From: Alkalilimnicola ehrlichii MLHE-1
Lineage (GTDB): Bacteria; Pseudomonadota; Gammaproteobacteria; Nitrococcales; Halorhodospiraceae
Assembly (NCBI RefSeq): GCF_000014785.1
Contig: NC_008340.1
Span: 450,001 to 482,000, forward strand
Reading direction: 5' to 3'
Length of the DNA stretch: 32,000 bases
The notes under the pieces are model-generated. The model made no database searches. It had not been told where the DNA came from and saw only the letters and a program-made list of their open reading frames with translations. Shown one piece after another: positions 1-9,903 of this stretch. Positions within the stretch are counted from its first letter, which is position 1; each line of letters begins with the position of its first letter. Made by a program: the position numbers and the translations under genes.

Positions 1-270
1 GCCCGGGACCTGCGGGCGGTGGCCGACCTGCGCTGCAAGCGCCCGCCGCGACCGGAGTGGGAGCGCTTCCTGCGGGCCCACGGTGTCTTCAAACCGCGGG
101 TGCCGCGGGTGGTGGGCGCCGCCCGGCGGGGCCGGCGCGAGGACTGGCTGCACCTGCTGGCCCGCTGTGCCGGCGTGGACCGCACCGTCAAGGGGGTCGG
201 CGAGGGCCGGCCCTGGGATGAACTGGCCCGGCTGGTGGACGCCGCCGCCCGCCTGGCCGCGGCGGGATGA
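1..270 (+). CDS. holA: 3' end of a CDS entering from upstream. Probably the C-terminus of DNA polymerase III delta subunit.
   Basis: The frame is open from base 1 to the TGA at 268-270. The tail (...WLHLLARCAGVDRTVKG...PWDELARLVDAAARL) resembles my recollection of the HolA C-terminal helical domain. Its position before proA/nadD fits the common lptE-holA-nadD neighbourhood. The fragment is weak evidence on its own. Confidence 0.4.
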   Translation, partial: ARDLRAVADLRCKRPPRPEWERFLRAHGVFKPRVPRVVGAARRGRREDWLHLLARCAGVDRTVKGVGEGRPWDELARLVDAAARLAAAG

Positions 271-343
271 GTCTGGCCCGCACAGCATATAAACTACCCG
301 GTAGGTACCGTCACCCCAAGCCAACAGGACGAACCTCAGCCTC

Positions 344-1606
344 ATGACCGAAGACATCCGTGCTTACATGCAGACCCTGGGCCGGCAGGCCCGCGAGGCC
401 GCTCGCGAGATGGCTCGTGCCGACACCGGCCACAAGAACGCCGCGCTCCATGCCATGGCGGACGCCCTGGAGGAGCACGCCGGTGATCTCAAGCGCGCCA
501 ACGCCGACGACCTGGAGAACGGCCGCGCCAACAACCTGGACCCGGCCCTGCTGGACCGCCTGGAGTTGAACGATGAGCGCATCCACGGCATGGCCGAGGG
601 GCTGCGCCAGATCGCCGCGTTGCCTGATCCGGTGGGGGCCATCCGTGATCTGGCCTTCCGCCCCTCCGGCATTCAGGTGGGCCGGATGCGGGTGCCGCTG
701 GGGGTCATCGGCATTATCTACGAATCGCGCCCCAATGTGACCGCCGACGCCGCCGCCCTCTGCCTGAAGAGCGGCAATGCCGCGATCCTGCGCGGCGGTT
801 CCGAGGCCCGCCACTCCAACGCCGCCATCGCCGCCTGCGTGCGCGCCGGGCTGAAGCGCGCCGGGCTGCCCGGAGAGGCCGTGCAGGTGGTGGAGACCAC
901 CGACCGGGCCGCCGTCGGCGAGCTGATCCGCATGGACGAGTACGTGGACGTGCTGGTGCCGCGCGGGGGCAAGGGCCTGATTGAGCGGATCACCGCCGAG
1001 GCCACCGTACCGGTGATCAAGCACCTGGACGGGATCTGCCACGTCTACATCGACGACTCCGCCGACCCGGCGAAGGCCATCAGCGTGGCCTACAACGCCA
1101 AGACCCAGCGGCTGGGGACCTGCAACACCATGGAGACCCTGCTGGTGGCCGAGGCCATCGCCGAGCGGGTGCTGCCCGAATTGGCCCGCCGCTACCGCGA
1201 GTCGGAGGTGGAGCTGCGCGGCTGTGAGGCCACCCGCCGGCTGATCCCGGATGCGGTGCCGGCCACCAAGGAGGACTGGTCCACCGAGTACCTGGACGCC
1301 ATCGTCTCCATCCGCATCGTGCCCGGCCTCGATGAGGCCATCGAGCATATCGCCCGGCACAGCTCCGGCCACACCGAGAGCATCCTCACCGAGGACTGGT
1401 CCCGGGCCCGGCGGTTCCTGCGCGAGGTGGACTCCAGCTCGGTGATGGTCAACGCCTCCACCCGTTTCGCCGATGGCTTCGAGTACGGCCTGGGGGCGGA
1501 GATCGGGATCAGCACCGACAAGCTGCACGCCCGCGGCCCGGTCGGTCTTGAGGGGCTGACCACCGAGAAGTTCATCGTGCTCGGCGACGGCCACATCCGC
1601 GAATAG
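344..1606 (+). CDS. proA: gamma-glutamyl phosphate reductase
   Basis: 420-aa ORF with the ProA pattern of the aldehyde dehydrogenase fold ([48 protein letters not shown]). It has the usual length and sits directly upstream of nadD. Confidence 0.95.
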   Translation: MTEDIRAYMQTLGRQAREAAREMARADTGHKNAALHAMADALEEHAGDLKRANADDLENGRANNLDPALLDRLELNDERIHGMAEGLRQIAALPDPVGAIRDLAFRPSGIQVGRMRVPLGVIGIIYESRPNVTADAAALCLKSGNAAILRGGSEARHSNAAIAACVRAGLKRAGLPGEAVQVVETTDRAAVGELIRMDEYVDVLVPRGGKGLIERITAEATVPVIKHLDGICHVYIDDSADPAKAISVAYNAKTQRLGTCNTMETLLVAEAIAERVLPELARRYRESEVELRGCEATRRLIPDAVPATKEDWSTEYLDAIVSIRIVPGLDEAIEHIARHSSGHTESILTEDWSRARRFLREVDSSSVMVNASTRFADGFEYGLGAEIGISTDKLHARGPVGLEGLTTEKFIVLGDGHIRE

Positions 1607-1613
1607 CGCTATC

Positions 1614-2288
1614 GTGACCGAGCCCCGAGCACTGACCGGCCGCACCCCGCTGGGCCTGTTTGGCGGTACCTTCGACCCGGTGCACTACGGCCACCTGCGC
1701 CCGGCGCTGGAGGCCCAGCAGGCGCTGGGCCTGGCCAGCGTCCGCCTGCTGCCCTGCCGGCTTCCGCCCCACCGCGCCCGGCCCGGCCGCGATGCCGGCC
1801 AGCGGCTGGATCTGCTGCGGTTGGGCGCCCGCGAGGTGCCGGGCTTCCGGGTGGACGATCGCGAGCTGCACCGCTCCGGCCCCTCCTACACGGTGGACAC
1901 CCTGCGCCACCTGCGCCAGGAGCAGGGTTCGGCGCGGCCGTTGGTGCTCCTGATGGGGGCGGACAGCCTGGCCGGGCTGGGGCGCTGGCACCGCTGGCGG
2001 GAGCTTTTCGACTATGCCCACGTGGTGGTGCTGGACCGCCCGGGCCACGCCTCCCAACCGGACGGTGAGGTGGCCGCCGAGGTGGCCGGGCGCTGGCTGG
2101 ATGGGCCCGGGGCGCTGCGGGACGCCCCCGCCGGCGGTTTCTACCGGCTGCCGGTCACCCCGCTGGCGATCTCCGCCACCCGCATCCGCCGGCTGTTGGC
2201 CCAGGGCCGGTCGGTGCGGTTTCTGCTCCCCGAGGCGGTGCGCCGCCATATCCATCAGCAAGGCCTGTACGGTTATCCGCAGGTGTGA
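1614..2288 (+). CDS. nadD: nicotinate-nucleotide adenylyltransferase
   Basis: 224-aa ORF with the nucleotidyltransferase HxGH motif (GGTFDPVHYGH) and the C-terminal ISATRIR (ISSTxxR-type) motif. GTG start 8 nt after the proA stop. Confidence 0.9.
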   Translation: MTEPRALTGRTPLGLFGGTFDPVHYGHLRPALEAQQALGLASVRLLPCRLPPHRARPGRDAGQRLDLLRLGAREVPGFRVDDRELHRSGPSYTVDTLRHLRQEQGSARPLVLLMGADSLAGLGRWHRWRELFDYAHVVVLDRPGHASQPDGEVAAEVAGRWLDGPGALRDAPAGGFYRLPVTPLAISATRIRRLLAQGRSVRFLLPEAVRRHIHQQGLYGYPQV

Positions 2289-2300
2289 GGACTGCATTGC

Positions 2301-2672
2301 ATGAGTAAAGCCGAGATCACCCTGGAACAGCTGGAGACCCTGCTGCGCGAGGCCCTGGAGGACATCAAGGCCGAGGACGTGGTGTGCCTGGATGTGCGGG
2401 GACGGACCCCCATGACCGACCTGATTGTGGTGGCCACCGGCCGTTCCACCCGCCACGTGGCCTCGGTGGCCGACAGCGTCGCCGACGATCTGCGTGAGCA
2501 CGGCATCCGCCCGTTGGGCGTCGAGGGTCAGCCGGGTTCAGAGTGGATACTGCTGGACCTGGGCGACGCGGTGCTGCACGTGATGACGCCGGAGGCGCGG
2601 GACTTCTACCGCCTGGAGCGGCTCTGGAGCGTGGAGGAGCACGGCGAGGCGGCCCAGGGCGGCCGCGACTGA
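2301..2672 (+). CDS. rsfS: ribosome silencing factor RsfS (IojAP family)
   Basis: 123 aa. The RsfS pattern is DVVCLDV...TDLIVVATGRSTRHV...WILLDLGDAVLHVM. Canonical nadD-rsfS-rlmH order. Confidence 0.9.
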   Translation: MSKAEITLEQLETLLREALEDIKAEDVVCLDVRGRTPMTDLIVVATGRSTRHVASVADSVADDLREHGIRPLGVEGQPGSEWILLDLGDAVLHVMTPEARDFYRLERLWSVEEHGEAAQGGRD

Positions 2673-2675
2673 GCG

Positions 2676-3143
2676 GTGCGTATCCGCTTGATCAGCGTCG
2701 GCGGGCGCATGCCCGGCTGGGCCGCCGAGGGCTACCGGGAATACGCCCAGCGGTTGGGCGGCGGGATCAGCCTGGAGCTGGTGGAGATCCCCCTGGGGCG
2801 GCGGGGCAAGGGGGCCGACCCCCGCCGGGCCCTGGACGAGGAGGGGCGGCGGATGCTCAAGGCCCTGGGTGACGAACAGGTGGTGGCCCTGGACGTCCGC
2901 GGCAAGGCCTGGGACACCCCGGCGCTGGCCCGTGAACTGGACGGCTGGCTGCACGACGGCCGCGACCTGGCCCTGCTGGTGGGCGGGCCCGACGGCCTGC
3001 ACCCGGACTGCCTGGCCCGCGCCGAGCGCCGCTGGTCGCTCTCGCCGCTGACCTTCCCCCACATGCTGGTCCGGGTGCTGCTGGCCGAGCAGCTCTACCG
3101 GGCCTGGAGCCTGCTCCAGGGGCATCCCTACCACCGGGCCTGA
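2676..3143 (+). CDS. rlmH: 23S rRNA (pseudouridine1915-N3)-methyltransferase RlmH
   Basis: 155-aa SPOUT protein with LLVGGPDG and the C-terminal PHMLVRVLLAEQLYRAWSLLQGHPYHR typical of RlmH. Begins 4 nt after rsfS. Confidence 0.9.
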   Translation: MRIRLISVGGRMPGWAAEGYREYAQRLGGGISLELVEIPLGRRGKGADPRRALDEEGRRMLKALGDEQVVALDVRGKAWDTPALARELDGWLHDGRDLALLVGGPDGLHPDCLARAERRWSLSPLTFPHMLVRVLLAEQLYRAWSLLQGHPYHRA

Positions 3144-3304
3144 GCAGCGCTGCGACACCGGGCCCGGTGGAGCGGGGCGCCACTTCTTGCTAACCTGCCC
3201 TGGCGATCCAAACGGCCGGGTCGACCGCCCGGGCCACCAGCCGCCATTCCGCGTGGCCGCGATGCGCCGGGCGGTATCCTCGTCCCGCAGAAGGAGCTTG
3301 CGCC

Positions 3305-3790
3305 GTGAGTTACCTTTCCTGGTCCAGCGATCTGGACACTGGTATCGACGCCATCGACAAGCAGCACCGGCGTATTGTCGAGTACATCAATCAGCTCGAG
3401 GACGCCCGCAGCCAGGGCGATCGCGCGCTGATCGGCGAGGTGCTCGAGGGGCTGGTGGACTACACCCAGTCCCACTTCGCCTTCGAGGAGCAGATGATGG
3501 AGGACGCGGGCTACCCGCTGCTGCGGGGGCACCGGCGGGTCCATCAGTTGTTCATCAAACAGGTGGGGGAGTACTGCCGCCGCTTCGACGCCGGCGAGGA
3601 CGTGGCCGAAGAGCTGCTCAATCTGCTGCAGCGCTGGCTGTTCAACCACATCAGGCATGACGATGCAGCCTACGTGGACGACGTCAAGGCCAACATGCAG
3701 GCCCTGGAGCGCGACGAGGCGGGCGACGGCGCAAAGAAGGAGGGCTGGCTGGCGCGCAATCTGCGGCGCTTCTTCGGCCGTGGCCACTGA
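3305..3790 (+). CDS. bacteriohemerythrin-like protein
   Basis: 161 aa with hemerythrin iron-ligand spacing (IDKQHRRIV, HFAFEEQMM, HRRVHQLF, WLFNHIRHDD). GTG start preceded by GAAGGAG. Confidence 0.85.
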   Translation: MSYLSWSSDLDTGIDAIDKQHRRIVEYINQLEDARSQGDRALIGEVLEGLVDYTQSHFAFEEQMMEDAGYPLLRGHRRVHQLFIKQVGEYCRRFDAGEDVAEELLNLLQRWLFNHIRHDDAAYVDDVKANMQALERDEAGDGAKKEGWLARNLRRFFGRGH

Positions 3791-3829
3791 TCCCGGCCAG
3801 ATAACAAGAGCTGACACCCGAGGATGGTC

Positions 3830-4438
3830 ATGCAACCGGAATATCGACCGCACATCTATCTTGCATCGAATTCGCCACGACGACGAGAACTGCTCGATCG
3901 CATCGGCGTTCACTACGCCTGGATGGACCCGGGGGTGGATGAGGTGCTCGGCGAGGACGAGAGCCCCGAAGTGTTTGTGCTGCGTATCGCGCTGGAGAAG
4001 GCGCGCGCCGGCTACCGCAGTCTGCAGGAGGACCCCGAGCGTGAGTTGCTGCCGGTGATGGGCGCCGACACCGTCGTGGTGCTGGACAATGAGCTCCTGG
4101 GCAAGCCGCGCGGCCGCGAGCACGGCCTGGAGATGCTCCAGTCCCTGTCCGGAACCACCCATCGGGTGCTTACCGGCGTGGCCCTGGTGGACGACCGGGA
4201 GGCCACCCGGCTGTCGGTCAGCCATGTGACCTTCCGTGAGCTCGAGCGCGCCGAGATCGAGCGCTACTGGGCCACCGGCGAGCCCCAAGACAAGGCGGGC
4301 GGCTACGCGATTCAGGGCCGCGCCGCCGTGTTCGTCGAGCACCTGGAGGGCAGTTACTCCGGCGTGATGGGACTGCCCCTGTTCGAAGCCGCCCAGTTAC
4401 TGGACGAGTTTGAAATCGACTACCAACGGCACTGGTAG
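3830..4438 (+). CDS. maf: Maf-like nucleoside triphosphate pyrophosphatase
   Basis: Maf motifs SNSPRRRELL, GADTVV, GKP and DKAGGYAIQG. I prefer the ATG at 3830 (GAGGA 5 nt upstream) over the ORF-track ATG at 3824. Followed by rng, as in many gammaproteobacteria. Confidence 0.85.
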   Translation: MQPEYRPHIYLASNSPRRRELLDRIGVHYAWMDPGVDEVLGEDESPEVFVLRIALEKARAGYRSLQEDPERELLPVMGADTVVVLDNELLGKPRGREHGLEMLQSLSGTTHRVLTGVALVDDREATRLSVSHVTFRELERAEIERYWATGEPQDKAGGYAIQGRAAVFVEHLEGSYSGVMGLPLFEAAQLLDEFEIDYQRHW

Positions 4439-4440
4439 GC

Positions 4441-5919
4441 GTGGCCCAGGAAATCCTGATCAACGTCACCCCGCGCGAGACGCGGGTCGCCCTGGTTGAA
4501 AACGGGGTGCTCCAGGAGTTGCACCTGGAGCGGGCCCGCCGGCGGGGGCTGGTGGGCAATCTCTACAAAGGCCGGGTGGTGCGTGTGCTGCCGGGGATGC
4601 AGGCGGCCTTCATCGAGGCTGGACTCGAGCGCACCGCCTTCCTGCACGCCTCCGACATCGCCCGCGCCGAGCCCGCCCCGGTGGGGGACGAACCGAATGG
4701 CCGGCCGCCCCCCCTGCCCATCGACGAGCTGCTCACCGAGGGCCAGGAGGTCGTGGTCCAGGTGCTGAAGGACCCGATTGGCAGCAAGGGGGCGCGGCTG
4801 ACCACCCATATCACCATCCCCTCCCGATACCTGGTCCTGGCCCCGGGCAGTCGTGCCCTGGGCGTCTCCGCCCGGGTGGAGGATCCGGCGGAGCGCGAGC
4901 GCCTGCGCGCCATCGGCGAGTCGCTGCTGGCCGACCGCGGCGATATGGGCATCATCGTGCGCACCGCCGCCGAACAGGTGGCCGAGGAGGCCCTGCGGGC
5001 CGATTTCGACTTCCTGCTGCGGCTCTGGCAGTCCATCAGTGAGCGGGCCGCGCATGCCTCTGCCGGTCAGCGGGTGCATGAGGACCTCCCGCTCACCGTG
5101 CGCGCCATGCGCGATCTGGCCGGCAGCGAGGTGGAGCGGGTGCGGGTGGACTCGCGGGAGAACTACCTCAACGTGGTCTCCTTCTGCCGCCGCTTCCTGC
5201 CCGAGATGGCGCCGCGGGTGGAGTATTACCCCGGCGAGCGGCCGCTGTTCGACCTCTACAACATTGAGGACGAGATCCTGCGCGCGCTCAATCGCCGGGT
5301 GCCGCTCAAATCCGGCGGGCATCTGGTGATCGACCAGACCGAGGCCATGACCACCGTGGACGTCAACACCGGCGCCTACGTTGGCCACCGCACCCTGGAA
5401 GAGACCATCTTCAAGACCAACCTGGAGGCTGCCCAGGCCATTGCCCGCCAGCTTCGCCTGCGCAATCTGGGCGGCATCATCATCGTCGATTTCATCGACA
5501 TGGTGGAGGAGGAGCACAAGCGCCAGGTGCTGCGGGCGCTCGAGAAGGCCCTGCAGAAGGACCACGCCAAGACCCAGATCAGCGGCGTCTCGGCCCTCGG
5601 GTTGGTGGAGATGACCCGCAAGCGCACCCGGGAGAGCCTGGAACATCAGCTCTGCGAATCTTGTCCAACCTGCGGTGGCCGCGGTTCGGTGAAAAGCGCC
5701 GAGACGGTCAGCTACGAGATCTTCCGCGAGATCCTCCGCGAGGCCCGTCAGTTCGAGTCCCGCCGCCTGGTGGTGCTGGCGGCCACCGAGGTGGTGGACC
5801 TGCTGCTCGAGGACGAGAGTACCAGCCTCGCACAACTGGAAGAGTTCATCGGTCGCCCCATCGAACTGCAGGCCGAGAGCCTGTACACCCAGGAACAGTT
5901 CGATGTGGTGCTCATGTAA
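4441..5919 (+). CDS. rng: ribonuclease G
   Basis: 492 aa. N-terminal S1 domain (GNLYKGRVVRVLPGMQAAFIEAG), RNase E/G catalytic core (VDVNTG, IIIVDFIDM) and Zn-link CPTCGGRG. Length fits RNase G rather than RNase E. Confidence 0.9.
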   Translation: MAQEILINVTPRETRVALVENGVLQELHLERARRRGLVGNLYKGRVVRVLPGMQAAFIEAGLERTAFLHASDIARAEPAPVGDEPNGRPPPLPIDELLTEGQEVVVQVLKDPIGSKGARLTTHITIPSRYLVLAPGSRALGVSARVEDPAERERLRAIGESLLADRGDMGIIVRTAAEQVAEEALRADFDFLLRLWQSISERAAHASAGQRVHEDLPLTVRAMRDLAGSEVERVRVDSRENYLNVVSFCRRFLPEMAPRVEYYPGERPLFDLYNIEDEILRALNRRVPLKSGGHLVIDQTEAMTTVDVNTGAYVGHRTLEETIFKTNLEAAQAIARQLRLRNLGGIIIVDFIDMVEEEHKRQVLRALEKALQKDHAKTQISGVSALGLVEMTRKRTRESLEHQLCESCPTCGGRGSVKSAETVSYEIFREILREARQFESRRLVVLAATEVVDLLLEDESTSLAQLEEFIGRPIELQAESLYTQEQFDVVLM

Positions 5920-5949
5920 GGTGCGGCCCGCGCGCCCGTCAGGGGCTGG

Positions 5950-8900
5950 GTGGGTCGTACAGGCCTGAACGGGGCCGGAGAGTCGCCCTTGCATCCAGCG
6001 TTCACTGACAAGCTTCCCGGCTATGCCCTGCGCGCCCTCGCCCTGGGCCTGCTGTTGCTGGCCCTGGTGTTGTGGACCCTGCGTCTGGCGTTGCCGGCCC
6101 TGGTGCCCGACTACCGGGCCACCCTGGAACTGCGACTGGCCGAGGAACTGGATCAGCCGGTGGCGGTGGAAGCGCTCCGGCTCGACTGGCAGGGCTGGCG
6201 GCCGGTGCTGTACGCCGACGGCGTCGAGGTGGGCCCCGACGATCAGGCCCTGGGGTTTCAGGCCCTGCGCGTGGAGCTGGCCCCGGTCGCGAGCCTGGTG
6301 CACTGGCAGCCGGTGGTGCGGGACCTGGCGCTGGTGGGGTTGCGCCTGGAGGCCGGGCTGGACGAGCGCGGCCGGCCGGTGGTCCGGGGGCTGGAGGGGC
6401 TGACCCTGGCCGAAGAGCCCTTCGATCTGGAGCGGCTTGCCGACTTCGACTGGTCTTTACTGCCCGCGGGCATGCGCCTGGAGGACGCCGAGGTGCTTTG
6501 GCACGGCGCCGATGGCCGGCTCTGGCGCCTGCCCGGGGTGGCGCGGCTGGAGCGCGATGCCCGCAGGCTGCGCGCGGCGGTGACGCTGGAGCCGCCGGAG
6601 GCCCTGGGCGGGGGGCTTCAGGGTCGGCTGGAGCTGGACCTGAGCGGCCGCGGGACGCTGCCCGGTGGTCGGTTTCACCTGGAGGGCCGGCGCCTGGTCC
6701 TGGACGCCCTTCCGGGGCTGCTGCCGAGCCCGGAGACCGCCTACCGGCTCTATGGCGACGCCGACCTGACCCTGTGGGGGGAGTGGACCGGTGGCGCGGG
6801 CTCGGTTACCGGCGATTTCCAGTTGCTGGATCTGGAATGGCGGCGCGAGGCCGATGCCGAGGTTCAGCTGCTCGCTCACCGGCTGGCCGGACAGGCCCGT
6901 TGGTCGGGGACACCCGCCGGCTGGCGTGTCGATGTCAACGACCTGGTCATGGCGCGCCCGGACCAGGACTGGGCGGCCCAGGATGCGGCCTTCAGCCATC
7001 GGCGGACGGCAGAGGGCGTGCTGGCACTGGGGGCGGTGTTCGACCGGGCGCACCTGGACGATCTGGTCCGACTCGCCGAACTGAGCCCGGGCATGGACCG
7101 GGACTGGATGCAACGGCTGCACAGCGCGGCCCCCTATGGCGAGCTGCGGGATGCCCACCTGCGTCTGCGACTGGGCCCGGAGGGCGACCTCCAGCGCCTG
7201 GACTCGGCCGCCCGTTTCCACGGCGTGGGGATGGCGCCGGTCGGCCCGGTACCGGGCATCGGACCGCTGGATGGCCATTTCCGCACCACCGAGGAGGGCG
7301 GTCAGGGGGCCGTCAGCGCCCATGGCGCGGCGCTGGACTTCCCCCACCTGTTCCCCGAGACCATCCCGGTGACCGAGGCCCGTGCCGACCTGCGCTGGTG
7401 GCTGGAGGGCGAGGGCCACTACCGGCTGGACGTGGACGATATCGCGCTGGAAAACCCGGATGCCCGTGCCGAGGGCGCCCTTAGTCTCGCCGGCCGACCC
7501 GGCGAGCCGCCGTGGATGCGCCTGCGGGCCGAGGCCTGGGACGGTGACGCCAGCCGCACCGCCCGCTACCTGCCGCTCCGCCACCTGCCGCCGGCCGCCC
7601 GGGAGTGGGTGGCGGCGGCGGTGATTGGCGGTGAGGTCACCGAGGCCCGGGTCCATTGGGATGGGCCGCTCTCGGGCGAGCGCTTTCGCCAGGGCGAGGT
7701 GGCGTTCCAGGCCGGCGGCCGGGTCATCGACGGGGAACTGGCCTATCAGCCGGACTGGCCACGCCTGACCGGGGCCGAGGCCGAGCTGGATTTCCGGGGG
7801 CGGTCCATGCACATCCGCGGCCATGGGGGCCGGCTCGCGGGCACGAGCGTGCAGCGGGTGGAGGTGACCCTCGCCGACCTCTTCGAGCCGGTGCTCGCGG
7901 TCCAGGGCGAGGTCCACGGCAGCGGTGAGGCCTACCTGGACTATCTGCGCCAGATGCCCTTGACCGCCCGCCTGCTCAACGACGTGGTGCCCATGGCACT
8001 GGACGGCGACCACGACCTGACCCTGGCACTGGCCATACCGCTGCGCAACTTCGATCCGAACCGGGTGCGTCTGGACGGGCGGTTGCAACTGGGCGAGGGG
8101 GCCAACTACCGCCTGCCGCGCTGGGATCTGGCCTTCAACAACGTGGTCGGTGAGGTGCATTTCGATGAGCGCGGATTGCGCATCAGCGACTTGCAGGCGC
8201 GCTATCTCGGCCACCCGCTGCGGGTGGAGGCCGAGACCGACGAGCAGCGGATCCGGCTGCGCGGGCGTACCCGGGGGGCACCGGGCGCGCTCTTTCCGCA
8301 GGTCGGCCTGCCCGAGGGCTGGCTCCACGGTGAACCCGCCTGGCAGGCCGAACTGCAGTTGCCCAACTTCCGGCCCGACCAGGGGCCGGACGACGTGCGC
8401 CTGCGCCTGAGCAGCGCCCTGGAGGAGCTGGCCGTGGATCTGCCCGAGCCGCTGGGCAAACCCGCCGGCGAGCCCCGCGACCTGACCCTGGAGGCGCGGA
8501 TCGATGAGGACGGGCTGGGCCCGGTGCGCTGGCGTTACCACGACACCCTCAACGGTGTGCTGGCACTGGACCCGGAGCGTGGCGCGGTGCCGCGAATGGC
8601 CGTCCGGCTCGGTACCGAGCCGGCCTCGCTGCCCGCCGAGCGGAGCTGGCTGGTCCGCGGCCGGGTGCCTCCAGTGGCCGTGGACCCCTGGCTGGACTGG
8701 CTCGAGCAGCACACCGCAGCGACCGGGCAGGAGCGGCCCGAATGGCCCGAGGACCTGCCGCCGCTGGGGCTGGATCTGCACTTTGAGCGTCTCGACCTGG
8801 GGGCGCTGGCGCTGAGCGGGCAGCGACTGGTCCTGGCCGCCGACGCGCACCCCGACTGGCGGCTGCAGTTGGATGGGCCGATACGCGGTGGGGTGTTTTG

Positions 8901-9879
8901 GCCGTTGGCCCCGGACGCCGCGACGCCGATGCGTGCGGATCTCGAACGCGTGGACTTGGACCTGGACCTGCTCACCGGGGACCGGGAGGAGCGGGCCGCA
9001 GAGCCTGCGGACGGACCGGAGCCCTTGCGCCCCGGCCGGCTGCCCCACATGGACCTGTCCATCGGGCAACTGGTCATCGATCGCCGCGATCTCGGGCGCC
9101 TGGACCTGCGGGTGACGCCGGAGGGGGACAGCGCCCGGTTTGAGTCGATCCGGCTGGACACGCCCAGTTTCGCCCTGCAGGGCGACATGGCCTGGCATTA
9201 TCGCGACGGGGGCCACCGCACCGAGCTGAAAAGCCGCCTGCAGGGCGAGCGTGCCGGGGACATCCTGGCCACCCTGGGCTACCTGCCCTCCGTCAGCCGC
9301 GGCCGCACCGAGATCGACAACGACGTGGCCTGGGACAACCTGCCCCACCGCTTTACCCTGGCCGAGATGGAGGGGGCGGTCTCGCTGCGCATCGACGACG
9401 GGCAGATCCCCGACCTCAGCCCGGGCGCCGGGCGCCTGTTCGGGCTGCTCAGTGTCACCACCCTGCCGCGTCGCCTGGCGCTGGATTTCTCCGATATCTT
9501 CGGCCGCGGCTTTGCCTTCGACAGCCTGCGCGCCGACCTGGAACTGGTCGACGGTCAGGCGCACATCCAGCGGTTCGACATCGACGGCCCGGCCGCCAAG
9601 CTGGCCATCGAGGGCCGCATTGGCCTGCGCGACCGCGACTACGACCAGACCGTCCAGGTGACGCCCCGCCTGGGGGCCACCATGCCGCTGGTGGGCTTCA
9701 TCGTCGGCGGCCCGGTGGGTGCGGCTGCCGGGTGGCTGGCCGATCGGGTGGCGGGAGATGAGGTGGAGCGTGCAACCCGGTACAGTTATCGGGTGACGGG
9801 GCCATGGGATGACCCCAAAGTGGAGCGCAGGGGCGCGGACCGGCCCGACGCCGGTGTACCGCCGGCCTGGGCAGATTGA
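5950..9879 (+). CDS. yhdP: YhdP / AsmA-family large envelope protein (TIGR02099-like)
   Basis: 1309-aa ORF with an N-terminal hydrophobic helix (LALGLLLLALVLWTLRLALPALV) and a long repetitive beta-rich body. Conserved location immediately after rng. The exact start (GTG 5950) is uncertain. Confidence 0.8.
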   Translation: MGRTGLNGAGESPLHPAFTDKLPGYALRALALGLLLLALVLWTLRLALPALVPDYRATLELRLAEELDQPVAVEALRLDWQGWRPVLYADGVEVGPDDQALGFQALRVELAPVASLVHWQPVVRDLALVGLRLEAGLDERGRPVVRGLEGLTLAEEPFDLERLADFDWSLLPAGMRLEDAEVLWHGADGRLWRLPGVARLERDARRLRAAVTLEPPEALGGGLQGRLELDLSGRGTLPGGRFHLEGRRLVLDALPGLLPSPETAYRLYGDADLTLWGEWTGGAGSVTGDFQLLDLEWRREADAEVQLLAHRLAGQARWSGTPAGWRVDVNDLVMARPDQDWAAQDAAFSHRRTAEGVLALGAVFDRAHLDDLVRLAELSPGMDRDWMQRLHSAAPYGELRDAHLRLRLGPEGDLQRLDSAARFHGVGMAPVGPVPGIGPLDGHFRTTEEGGQGAVSAHGAALDFPHLFPETIPVTEARADLRWWLEGEGHYRLDVDDIALENPDARAEGALSLAGRPGEPPWMRLRAEAWDGDASRTARYLPLRHLPPAAREWVAAAVIGGEVTEARVHWDGPLSGERFRQGEVAFQAGGRVIDGELAYQPDWPRLTGAEAELDFRGRSMHIRGHGGRLAGTSVQRVEVTLADLFEPVLAVQGEVHGSGEAYLDYLRQMPLTARLLNDVVPMALDGDHDLTLALAIPLRNFDPNRVRLDGRLQLGEGANYRLPRWDLAFNNVVGEVHFDERGLRISDLQARYLGHPLRVEAETDEQRIRLRGRTRGAPGALFPQVGLPEGWLHGEPAWQAELQLPNFRPDQGPDDVRLRLSSALEELAVDLPEPLGKPAGEPRDLTLEARIDEDGLGPVRWRYHDTLNGVLALDPERGAVPRMAVRLGTEPASLPAERSWLVRGRVPPVAVDPWLDWLEQHTAATGQERPEWPEDLPPLGLDLHFERLDLGALALSGQRLVLAADAHPDWRLQLDGPIRGGVFWPLAPDAATPMRADLERVDLDLDLLTGDREERAAEPADGPEPLRPGRLPHMDLSIGQLVIDRRDLGRLDLRVTPEGDSARFESIRLDTPSFALQGDMAWHYRDGGHRTELKSRLQGERAGDILATLGYLPSVSRGRTEIDNDVAWDNLPHRFTLAEMEGAVSLRIDDGQIPDLSPGAGRLFGLLSVTTLPRRLALDFSDIFGRGFAFDSLRADLELVDGQAHIQRFDIDGPAAKLAIEGRIGLRDRDYDQTVQVTPRLGATMPLVGFIVGGPVGAAAGWLADRVAGDEVERATRYSYRVTGPWDDPKVERRGADRPDAGVPPAWAD

Positions 9880-9903
9880 ACCGGCAGATTGGAGAGCGGG
9901 AAG

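Noticed and set aside
3165-3195. Sigma-54 promoter (GGCGCC-N-TTGCT) upstream of the hemerythrin gene, and a similar TGGCAATCATTCGCTTG on the minus strand near 17865-17885.
   Set aside because: In both cases the GG-to-GC spacing is off by one nucleotide from the strict -24/-12 geometry.
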